Origin: a virus
Lineage: Duplodnaviria > Caudoviricetes
Virus record (IMG/VR): IMGVR_UViG_3300032163_000049
Span: 1-38,528 of that record
Direction: 5' to 3' (one strand)
DNA: 38,528 bases
Shown: positions 16,146 through 24,254 of the stretch, in pieces
Layout: the number at the start of each line of letters is the position of its first letter
Numbering within the stretch: position 1 is the first letter of the stretch
Translations under genes and position numbers: made by a program
Notes under the pieces: generated by a model
Told to the model about the DNA's origin: nothing
What the model saw: only the letters and a program-made list of their open reading frames with translations
The model's database searches: none

Positions 16146-17634
16146 ACGCATCCGAATCCTCAAGGGCGCTCCGTTCAGCTTCCAGGATCGAGACTATCTG
16201 CTTCCGCTCTACCGCGACAACTCGCACCGAGTCATCATCGTGAAATCTCGGCAGATGGAGATGACCGAGTGGATCGTCAACTGGCTTCTCTATAAGCTGA
16301 CCACGTATCCCTTCATAACCGCAATCTACACCGCGCCGCGAATGGATCAGGTTTCAAGATTCAGCCACGACCGATTCCGCAAAGCCCTATTCGACAGCCC
16401 AGAGCTCCGCGACTATATCAGCAAGGCGCGAGAGGCAGAGCTTGGAGAAACCGCGATCGGCAGAATCCCCTTCTCGAACGGCTCAATCTGCTATCTCATC
16501 AGCGCATGGGGAGACTTCGACGCTCTAAGAAACATTCCAGCAGACTTCGCAGCCATAGATGAAATGCAGGACGTCCAGCAAGAAGCGATCCCTGTCCTTG
16601 AAGAGACACTCAGCCACAGCCAATTCGGAACAATGATCATGGTTGGAACCGCAAGCGATGAGGGCTCGGAATTCTCGCGACTCTGGCAACAAAGCGATAT
16701 GAACGAATGGGATCCAGAATCAGGCGCATGGATTCCGCAGAGACCTCAGAACCGATTCTACTCAGGATATCACATAGATCAACGCATGGCTCCGTGGATC
16801 AACAGCCTCCCGCCCACTCATCCCAACAGCATAGAAGCCAAACGCATCCGCTACCGAAGCGAGCGCAGATTCCTCAACGAAGTTCTCGGCCTCTTCTATC
16901 GGGGTCTTGCTAAGCCGTTGATCTCTGAGGATCTTCTAGCTTGCAGAGACTTCCAATTCGCCCTGATGGATCACCTTGATCCGCCATACGTCTCGTATGC
17001 TGGCATTGATTGGGGCGGCGGACAACACGCCTTCACCGTCGTCTGGATCATGGCGAAGGACGATAAAGACCGCTGGCGACTCATCTACGTTCGCAAATTC
17101 GATGAACGCGACCCCATGAAGCAAGTCCAGATCATCAGCAACCTCATCCCGCTCTTCAATGTGAAACAGGCCGTGGCAGACATCGGATACGGTGCCGTAC
17201 AAGTCAGCGAGCTCCAGAAGAAGTTCGCTGATCGACTCCTCGGCTGCCAATACACTCGCAGACCCGAGATCCCTCTTGAGCGTCGAACCTCAGACGAGTA
17301 TGGCAAGCGAGTCGCGCAGATGCTTCTCCTAGCTGACCGCTCATTCTGGATTGAGACCGCTATCGAGCTGATCAAGCATAAGGATCCAACTGGCGCAGTC
17401 AATCCGCTGCTAGTCATTCCATGGGCTGAACCGCTCGACGTCGAATGGATCATTGAGCAATTCACCTGCATCGAGATGGAGGAGCAGGAGACCGTTAGCG
17501 GCAAGAAGTATCATCACTACACGCATCCAGAAGGCGAACCTGACGACGCGCTTCACGGATTCATCTATGCGCTGATCGCTGATGCCTATGGCCGCATGGC
17601 TCCGCCTCTAGTCGTACAAGACCTATTCGGATGA
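16018..17634 (+). CDS. terL: Terminase large subunit (GpA-like)
   Basis: IVKSRQMEMTE (Walker A variant), FAAIDEMQD (Walker B), VGTA coupling motif, RNase H-like AGIDWGGG, VADIGYG, PDDALHG. Confidence 0.93.
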   Translation: MSFSKRRKVSEKVSLILGSMASAKAELEAVRNPIPQDPVQWAERIRILKGAPFSFQDRDYLLPLYRDNSHRVIIVKSRQMEMTEWIVNWLLYKLTTYPFITAIYTAPRMDQVSRFSHDRFRKALFDSPELRDYISKAREAELGETAIGRIPFSNGSICYLISAWGDFDALRNIPADFAAIDEMQDVQQEAIPVLEETLSHSQFGTMIMVGTASDEGSEFSRLWQQSDMNEWDPESGAWIPQRPQNRFYSGYHIDQRMAPWINSLPPTHPNSIEAKRIRYRSERRFLNEVLGLFYRGLAKPLISEDLLACRDFQFALMDHLDPPYVSYAGIDWGGGQHAFTVVWIMAKDDKDRWRLIYVRKFDERDPMKQVQIISNLIPLFNVKQAVADIGYGAVQVSELQKKFADRLLGCQYTRRPEIPLERRTSDEYGKRVAQMLLLADRSFWIETAIELIKHKDPTGAVNPLLVIPWAEPLDVEWIIEQFTCIEMEEQETVSGKKYHHYTHPEGEPDDALHGFIYALIADAYGRMAPPLVVQDLFG

Positions 17635-17924
17635 ATGAGAAAGAAGGAGAATACGCCGTGCCAAGTGGTGTCATATCGTTCAGTGGCAGCGACGAAGATA
17701 AGCAGAGGCTACGAGAATACTTCCGCACGGAAATCAAAGGGCACTTCCATAAAGTCCACATGAATCGTCTGCATTGGGCTTTCTATCGGTTGCGATACAA
17801 GCTGATGGGCAAGCCATGTCCACGATGCCAGGCCAGCATCAATTTCTGGAAGAACCGCGAGCGTCCGCCTTTGATGTTCTGTACGCCATCACGATGTGCG
17901 ATCTGCGGCAGATTCTCCGTTTAG
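17631..17924 (+). CDS. Small protein: copy of portal residues 295-330 fused to a Cys-rich Zn ribbon
   Basis: EYAVPSGVISFSGSDEDKQRLREYFRTEIKGHFHKV, 31/36 aa identical to the portal; CPRC...C...CAIC; ATGA-coupled to terL. Confidence 0.85.
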   Translation: MNEKEGEYAVPSGVISFSGSDEDKQRLREYFRTEIKGHFHKVHMNRLHWAFYRLRYKLMGKPCPRCQASINFWKNRERPPLMFCTPSRCAICGRFSV

Positions 17925-18037
17925 GCCTTGATCGTCTGCGAGCGCAAGCGGGAGAATCCCTCTCTCATCCAAAAAGCCCGATGATGGGATACAGACCTCA
18001 GGTCCCAGGTCCGGAGGGTTAGTATAGCATCCCATAA

Positions 18038-18064
18038 GGCGATGACGCCCGCGAGGGCTGAGCC
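18038..18064 (+). ncRNA. Kink-turn hairpin with GNRA tetraloop (cis element)
   Basis: GGC-GAU-GA-CGCCC-GCGA-GGGCU-GA-GCC: C-stem, 3-nt bulge, tandem G.A pairs, NC-stem. Confidence 0.6.
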
Positions 18065-18185
18065 GAGTTTTGTCTTTGTGAGACAGAGACCCTTGCCTCG
18101 AAAACAATGCCTCCGTTGCTACATGGTCTACGACACCAACATGAGAGAAGCAGCCTGTCCACATCGTGCGAAGGTGCACCTTTGA
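18042..18185 (+). CDS. Small Zn-binding protein (47 aa)
   Basis: MTPARAEPSFVFVRQRPLPRKQCLRCYMVYDTNMREAACPHRAKVHL; TGATG overlap with the next ORF. Confidence 0.5.
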   Translation: MTPARAEPSFVFVRQRPLPRKQCLRCYMVYDTNMREAACPHRAKVHL

Positions 18186-18328
18186 TGAAACTGCATGTAA
18201 TCAACACCCTCGAATCTGGCCGCCATTTGCGTGAATGCCCGCAATGCTCTCTGCTAGGAAGACAGTTCACGTATCATTTGAGCATCCGAGGAAACGAAGC
18301 CACATTCTCAGCCGTTCTCCAGACTTGA
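18185..18328 (+). CDS. Small hypothetical protein with CPQC
   Basis: MKLHVINTLESGRHLRECPQC...; coupled start. Confidence 0.45.
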   Translation: MKLHVINTLESGRHLRECPQCSLLGRQFTYHLSIRGNEATFSAVLQT

Positions 18329-18347
18329 GACTTCGGACGCGGTTGAC

Positions 18348-18587
18348 TTGAAAGAAAATAAGGTGCCTGGTCTTTGGTGTCCGCGTTGCGGAAAGAAAGG
18401 CTTCATAGTGCAAGTTCATGAAGGCATCATGACGCCTCGTGGCAAACTGGATTTCCCACATTACAAGTGCGGTAAGTGCCTTCAAATGTGGTACGAGCAG
18501 GCCGATGTGCTCGCGTACGTGTTTGCGACAAGCGGTCAACAGGCGCCGATAGCTGGCCCCGAAGTCGCACTCAAGAAACCAGCATAG
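18348..18587 (+). CDS. Zn-ribbon protein
   Basis: CPRC...CGKC. Confidence 0.6.
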   Translation: MKENKVPGLWCPRCGKKGFIVQVHEGIMTPRGKLDFPHYKCGKCLQMWYEQADVLAYVFATSGQQAPIAGPEVALKKPA

Positions 18588-18604
18588 TCACGGTGAGATC
18601 AAGT

Positions 18605-18760
18605 ATGGAGAAATGTCCAGGCTGCGGCCAAGATGTCGCACAGCCTAACAAGGAATGGGACATGAAAGGCAACCCTCACGGGCCGCCTCTACATGTGAGA
18701 CACTACATCTGCCCAGCTTGCGGAAAACGGTTCAGACGAGCAGAGAAGATCCCGACATGA
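18605..18760 (+). CDS. Cren7-like Zn-ribbon chromatin protein
   Basis: KCPGCGQDVAQPNKEWDMKG...LHVRHYICPACGKRFR: PxKxW and GKxFR motifs. Confidence 0.65.
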   Translation: MEKCPGCGQDVAQPNKEWDMKGNPHGPPLHVRHYICPACGKRFRRAEKIPT

Positions 18761-19083
18761 GCCGCCGATCAAGAAAGCGATTTGAGAGGATTCACACGAA
18801 GCGAGCGAAAGCTGGATTCCCCCGTGTCAGCCCAAGCATTCTCCACAAAGACGGAACCATTGAACCCGCACCACGACAGGGATACAGAGTCGTTCTCTCC
18901 CCGACATTTCAAGAGCAACTGCGAGCTCTAAGCTCAACGGACCAGCAGGAGATCATGCAGGCTGCCGAGAAACTCGCGGAGAATCCCTACCGAGGCAGAC
19001 GAATCATCGCCTCTCCGATCGAGCGTATTCATGACTGGCTTCTCTGGCTCTGGCATGAACTGAGATTTCGTCTTCGAATCTGA
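18757..19083 (+). CDS. Protein containing only the N-terminal half of a RelE/ParE fold
   Basis: YRVVLSPTFQEQLRALSSTDQQEIMQAAEKLAENPYRG followed by a Trp-rich helix. Confidence 0.6.
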   Translation: MSRRSRKRFERIHTKRAKAGFPRVSPSILHKDGTIEPAPRQGYRVVLSPTFQEQLRALSSTDQQEIMQAAEKLAENPYRGRRIIASPIERIHDWLLWLWHELRFRLRI

Positions 19084-19141
19084 AATCCTAGTTACGCCTT
19101 CCATTCTTGCACGAGTGTCTTATTGGATTGAATGAGGCACG

Positions 19142-22100
19142 GTGAGTCTCCCGCAGCCCAGCGGCGAACATGCTGTGGCAACCGTCGCAGACACTTCTCC
19201 GTTAATTCAAGCAAACCAAGTTGAAGAGAAATTGGTGTCAGCATTACGCATAGTCTCAGCGGATCCCCTAGTTCGGGATAGGCTCAATCGCCTAGAGGAC
19301 AACACTATCACGAAAGGCGTCATGGACACGATCTATCCCTGGTGGTGGGATGAGAGAGAGTTTCCAAGACGCGCCGTCATGACAGAGTGGTTCTATAATC
19401 CGCTGAAAGGTCAGCCTAGGTACATAGATGTCTACCGTTACCGTAGCCTAGCGGCTTCTGAATGGGTAGCCATGTGCGTCATGACAATCATTGAAGAGGT
19501 CGCGCAGATTCCGTGGGAGATCATCCCGAAGGATCCTAAGCTCCGCGAGTCTCCGCCGGAAGATATTCTAGCGGACATTGATGAGGCCACATACTTCTTC
19601 AACAATCCGAACGACAACAAAGGCGAAACTCTGAACACTCTCCTGCGAGCTCTCATACGGGACAGCCTAGAACTTGACGCGGCAACGCTTGTGAAAGGCT
19701 TCTCACTGAACAGCTATGTGCAGCATCCCGCTGGCGGATTCGAACTTAAACCCCGAGGCCAAAGACAACTCAGCGAACTCTTCTGTCGAGACGGAGCTTC
19801 CTTCTTAAAAGAGACTGATGTCAACGGAATCGAATACCGCTACTGGCAGTACAGCTATTTGCATCCCGCTGTCGCACCGATCGAGTTCGACGTGAATGAG
19901 ATCGCCTATGCGATGCGTTACAACCGCTCATACAGCGTCTACGGCTGGGCTGAGACTCAAAGCGCCGAGACAATTCTGAACTGTCTCATCAATTCGGCTT
20001 TCACGAATGCCAGCATGTTCCAGGAATACGCTGTGCCCTCAGGCGTCGTTTCCTTCACTGGCAGCGAGGAAGATGAGCAGAGGCTACGGGAATACTTCCG
20101 CACGGAAATCAAAGGCCGCTTCCACAAGGTCGCCATACTCAACAAAGAAGCAAAATTCACACCGCTAACCTACACGAACCGAGACTTGGAGTTCATCAAA
20201 GGCCAAGAATGGTTCGCAAAAATCATGTGGGCGATCTACAAACTCACACCAAGCGAAGTCGGCTTCACCGATGATATTCGAGCTACAGGCGCGGCGATGT
20301 CCGCTCAAGGCACGATCCAAAAACGCAAAGCCATCCTGCCATTACTCAGACTCCTAGAACAGATCCTTAACAATCAAATCCTGAATGAAATCTCTGACCG
20401 CATAGTTTTGTCGTTCAAGTATGTTGACAAGGAACAGGAAGCTCTCGAAGATCAAATGGACTTCCAGAAGATTCAGCAAGGCATTATGAAAATCAACGAG
20501 TACCGTGCCAGAAAGAAGCTAGGCCCGTCTGTTCCATGGGGTGAGAAACCGCTTCAACTAACCCTCGCCGAACTGAAAGGAGGCCAACAGCCCGGCCTCT
20601 TCGGAGCTCCCAAGCCACATCTGAACATTCCAACAGGACCAGAAAAGGGCATACCGAAGATACCGCTCACAGCCGAAGACCAAGCCATCGTTGAAGGCAT
20701 GAAAGCATGGGGCGGCGTCCCAACTGAAGGCTACGATTTCGCAGAGGGCTCACTCGGCGGAAACAATCTCTACGCGGCTCCAGTTCTCACCTATGATAAC
20801 AGAACCGGCCAGGTGAAAATTCTCCCACAAGGCGCAATGACGATCCCAGGCCGACGCTACATAACCCGAGATGGAAAAGTATTCTATGTTCCACAACGGA
20901 AGCCGCTGCCCGTTAAACCATCTCAACCAACGAAGACGATCCTGCGTTCACCGAAGAACAAAGGGTTCCGAGATACCTCAGCCGATGTTCTGAAACAATA
21001 CTTGAAGCCGACTCGAGAACCTTTCATCGGCCCCTATGAAGGCGACCGGAAACCGCGACCTAAGCCCATGAGCGGAGTTGGCGGCAACCCAAAAGAATCA
21101 ATCCGGGACGGCATGATGCTGCCTGGAGAAAGCCCTGAAGAAATACGTCGAAGCCGCGATGCAACCGGGCCTAAAGCTGGGAGACCAAGAGCACGCCAAA
21201 GCGGCGGATCCGACCAGGACTACCCGATGGGCGCGTTAGCGTACAGGCCCGACGAGCCCGTTAGAGACAACGACCTCAGCCCAGAGCAAACCCCTGAAGG
21301 AATCGCCCGCGCTCGCGTCAGCAGGGAATATGAGCGGCCCACGAAACCCTTCGGACCAATCCATCACACTGACACGCAACGCACAGGACCAAAAGATTCC
21401 TATCAAGGCGGACCTGGCAACATCGGCGGCCAGTACAAGCGCAGGCAGGGCGGGCGCATACGCAAGATCGGCCATCCACCGCCCGGCGAAGGACCACAAT
21501 CTACAGGTGAAGTTTATCGTGGCAAACAGCAGCGGAAAGAGAAAGTTGACCTGCATCGAGGCGGGATGGGAGCTCATCGCTGGGAACGTGACGAAAGCAA
21601 TGTTCCAATCGCAACCGTGACAGAAGAATCCGGCGCTCACATTGATCCGCACTACATGAAGAAACCTTACCCGGGCAGACATCGAGAAATCACTGAAGGC
21701 GGCGGTTATGATGTTGAATCACGAATCGTTCCCACACGGGCAGGAACTCCGAAAATCATTGACGCTTCAATTCCTCATGATGACCGCGCCTATCTAGATC
21801 GTAAGTTTGTTCGTGTGAAGCTGTCTAAAGCTGATTTGAACATTGACAACGTGTGGAAAACCCATGACATGTCTGAAGCGCGAATGAACGAATACTTTGA
21901 CATGTTCGATGAAGAACGGAAGGAACACCCAGGTTTCACGCGGGAGCAGATTTGGCAAATCGTCAAAGACCACATGCGGGAGAAAGGTTTAGCGCCGAAA
22001 GCTCGCAAACGACCAACACAGCCAGATAACGCTCCAATCGCCCCGCTCGCCCAGCCAAGAGAGAACTTGGATCCTACAGGGGGCGCAAGCACCGAGCAGG

Positions 22101-23683
22101 CACCAAGGCTGAAGCCTACGCCCACGATTCCTAGAGGACCGAAATATCCGAAAGATGTTCCACCAGTTCAGCCCGATACAGGCGCAATAGGCGCTATGAG
22201 AGCAACAGCTCCAAGCGGAGCAAAATATGTTCTACGGGATAAGCGGGGAGCTCCACCACCCTTCAAGAAATCTGAGAGCACGGATACGGGCAGCCTCGGC
22301 CCAGACCACCGCGAAACCCTCGGCTACACGGAACGTGACTTGTCGAAAGTTCACGATAATGTGCAGCGCAGCGCATCAGCCCCAGAAAGCAAACAGGTCA
22401 ACGCCTACGATACTCGAGAGGAATGGAAAGGCGGACGACTCGAGACGCGCCTCATATCCGCGCCCAAGAAGGCTCAGATCCGCGAGGCCGCCCGACTCGG
22501 ACGGAAGCCTCTCAGCAGCTCAGCCAGTGCGAAACTCAGCCCCCTAGATGTTAAGATGGTTCCGCCAATTCCTAGCAAGGCAGGGGGCAAACGACGCGAA
22601 GCCTCATTCCTCAAGACGCTCATTCCACCGCATGATTTGTACGTGGAGCCGTTTGCAGGCGGCGCAGCCCTATTCTTCATGCTGGACGATCCTGGGAGAG
22701 TCGTTCTAAACGATGTAAACCCAAGATTCACTAAGGTATGGCAGTGGATCAAACAGGCTACGCCCGAACAAGCAAAATCCATGATGAACCGACCTTGGGC
22801 AGCGACAAGAGAAAGATGGTTCCATGTACGAGATCAGTACAAGCCCAAGACTCTGGACGATGAGCTTTGGCAGCTCCTCTACGTGACCCGTCACAGCTTC
22901 ATGAACCGCGGGGATACTTGGCGCGGGAATCTTGGTTCTCCAGATCGAGAGAGGTCGCAGAATAGCGCTCCAAATTGGCTGAGCAGGCTTGATCAGTACA
23001 AAGAGCAGCTATCGCAAGTCAAGATAGAGAACAAAGACTGGAAGGAGATTGTTCATCAGTACGATTCACCAAACACGTTCTTCTACTTTGACCCGCCCTA
23101 TGAAGAAAAGTTCGTGCCCGATCTCATCAAGACCCTGCCCACTTTGAAGGGGAAGTGGCTGCTTAGTTTCGGCGAGAACGAACGGTTAGCACGTGGTTTG
23201 TCTTCAAAGGGAATGCATACCTTCATTGTGCCTGTCACGAACACAATCAACAAGCCAACAGGAGAAAGGCGCACGATGCGCCGAGAACTCATCGCCGCCA
23301 ATTACCCGATCGATGTGCCGAAAGATCTGGTGTTCAAAGCGGCTGCGATTGGTTCTGAGCACACGCACTCCGACACTTTCCGAGGCCCCGTCAAAGCCGA
23401 GTATGGCTTGGCTAGGCGCCTCACAGAAATCATGAAAGCCTTCATAGCTGGCCGGTTGACGCGAAGCCAAGCCCTCACGGAAGGCCACAAAGCCATAGAT
23501 GACAACCAAGCCCGAATCGCAGAGATCGCTAGGAAACATGCAAGGCGAGCTATCGGCAAAGACGTTGTTGAGCTCGCGCCAGAGGTTGCGGGCCGCTTAG
23601 AACAGATCCGAACCCAATCCCTCAGCGACTTCGACAGGATCCTCGAGGACGCGAACTCATCCCGTATCGCGGGGACGCTTTGA
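19142..23683 (+). CDS. Portal protein fused to a long disordered region, a Dam-like (D12 class) N6-adenine DNA methyltransferase and a C-terminal helical domain
   Basis: Portal about aa 59-480 (WVAMCV...IPWEI, NPN, VYGWAE, VPSGVV, DLEF, PSEVG, INEYR); MTase aa 1139-1388 (AGGK, YVEPFAGG, LNDVN, FYFDPPY, ELIAANY); single stop-free frame. Confidence 0.92.
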   Translation: MSLPQPSGEHAVATVADTSPLIQANQVEEKLVSALRIVSADPLVRDRLNRLEDNTITKGVMDTIYPWWWDEREFPRRAVMTEWFYNPLKGQPRYIDVYRYRSLAASEWVAMCVMTIIEEVAQIPWEIIPKDPKLRESPPEDILADIDEATYFFNNPNDNKGETLNTLLRALIRDSLELDAATLVKGFSLNSYVQHPAGGFELKPRGQRQLSELFCRDGASFLKETDVNGIEYRYWQYSYLHPAVAPIEFDVNEIAYAMRYNRSYSVYGWAETQSAETILNCLINSAFTNASMFQEYAVPSGVVSFTGSEEDEQRLREYFRTEIKGRFHKVAILNKEAKFTPLTYTNRDLEFIKGQEWFAKIMWAIYKLTPSEVGFTDDIRATGAAMSAQGTIQKRKAILPLLRLLEQILNNQILNEISDRIVLSFKYVDKEQEALEDQMDFQKIQQGIMKINEYRARKKLGPSVPWGEKPLQLTLAELKGGQQPGLFGAPKPHLNIPTGPEKGIPKIPLTAEDQAIVEGMKAWGGVPTEGYDFAEGSLGGNNLYAAPVLTYDNRTGQVKILPQGAMTIPGRRYITRDGKVFYVPQRKPLPVKPSQPTKTILRSPKNKGFRDTSADVLKQYLKPTREPFIGPYEGDRKPRPKPMSGVGGNPKESIRDGMMLPGESPEEIRRSRDATGPKAGRPRARQSGGSDQDYPMGALAYRPDEPVRDNDLSPEQTPEGIARARVSREYERPTKPFGPIHHTDTQRTGPKDSYQGGPGNIGGQYKRRQGGRIRKIGHPPPGEGPQSTGEVYRGKQQRKEKVDLHRGGMGAHRWERDESNVPIATVTEESGAHIDPHYMKKPYPGRHREITEGGGYDVESRIVPTRAGTPKIIDASIPHDDRAYLDRKFVRVKLSKADLNIDNVWKTHDMSEARMNEYFDMFDEERKEHPGFTREQIWQIVKDHMREKGLAPKARKRPTQPDNAPIAPLAQPRENLDPTGGASTEQAPRLKPTPTIPRGPKYPKDVPPVQPDTGAIGAMRATAPSGAKYVLRDKRGAPPPFKKSESTDTGSLGPDHRETLGYTERDLSKVHDNVQRSASAPESKQVNAYDTREEWKGGRLETRLISAPKKAQIREAARLGRKPLSSSASAKLSPLDVKMVPPIPSKAGGKRREASFLKTLIPPHDLYVEPFAGGAALFFMLDDPGRVVLNDVNPRFTKVWQWIKQATPEQAKSMMNRPWAATRERWFHVRDQYKPKTLDDELWQLLYVTRHSFMNRGDTWRGNLGSPDRERSQNSAPNWLSRLDQYKEQLSQVKIENKDWKEIVHQYDSPNTFFYFDPPYEEKFVPDLIKTLPTLKGKWLLSFGENERLARGLSSKGMHTFIVPVTNTINKPTGERRTMRRELIAANYPIDVPKDLVFKAAAIGSEHTHSDTFRGPVKAEYGLARRLTEIMKAFIAGRLTRSQALTEGHKAIDDNQARIAEIARKHARRAIGKDVVELAPEVAGRLEQIRTQSLSDFDRILEDANSSRIAGTL

Positions 23684-23687
23684 GGAA

Positions 23688-23836
23688 ATATTTAAGCCAT
23701 CAGAACCATCGCGCACGAGAATGGTTCTGCCTGTAGCCTCATGCTCACGCAAAAGAGAGATGGTAGGGAAGCCAAGTCGTTGCGTGAGCCCTACCATCCT
23801 CACCCAGGATTTTCCATGAGGATTTATCATGAGCAT
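23688..23836 (+). promoter_or_regulatory. TATA box plus highly structured leader upstream of MuF
   Basis: ATATTTAA at 23688-23695; several perfect 7-10 bp complementary pairs (see findings). Confidence 0.6.
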
Positions 23837-24146
23837 CGCAGCGGAAGATTTCTGGAAAAGCCTCAAGGGCCTACTTGCTCGCCTAGCCGACCTGTCGCAT
23901 CACCTCACATGGAGCAGCCTCAACACAGCCATCCGTGAACAATTCGCCGTAGTCGAAGATGACTATCAAACCGTAACAGGCGAGCCGTCAGGCCGGAAAC
24001 TTGCATGGACCACCATGGGCGATGAGAAGGTTTGCGACATCTGCGAAGGCAATGAAGGCGAATATGATCCCGCTGAAGAATTTCTACCGACCATGCCCGC
24101 TCATGTAACCTGCCGCTGTTGGTGGCAAATAAACGAAGGCGACTAA
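23829..24146 (+). CDS. MuF/SPP1 gp7-like head morphogenesis protein, C-terminal core only
   Basis: WTTMGDEKVCDICE...MPAHVTCRC. Confidence 0.85.
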   Translation: MSIAAEDFWKSLKGLLARLADLSHHLTWSSLNTAIREQFAVVEDDYQTVTGEPSGRKLAWTTMGDEKVCDICEGNEGEYDPAEEFLPTMPAHVTCRCWWQINEGD

Positions 24147-24254
24147 GAGCGAAATGCCTTCCTCGAGACGAAACTGGCTTGTTTTCTGACGTCGGAGAAC
24201 TGGCGAGTTTCGAGGATCCTTCCAGCTGGCTAATTGTGACGATGTGAATGAATA

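Noticed and set aside
17649-20131. Portal repeat pair as a diversity-generating retroelement TR/VR
   Set aside because: Differences are not confined to adenines, are mostly synonymous, and no reverse transcriptase is in the window.
23737-23821. HDV-like or hammerhead ribozyme
   Set aside because: No P3/L3, P1.1 or J4/2 elements between the stems, and no CUGANGA...GAAA core.
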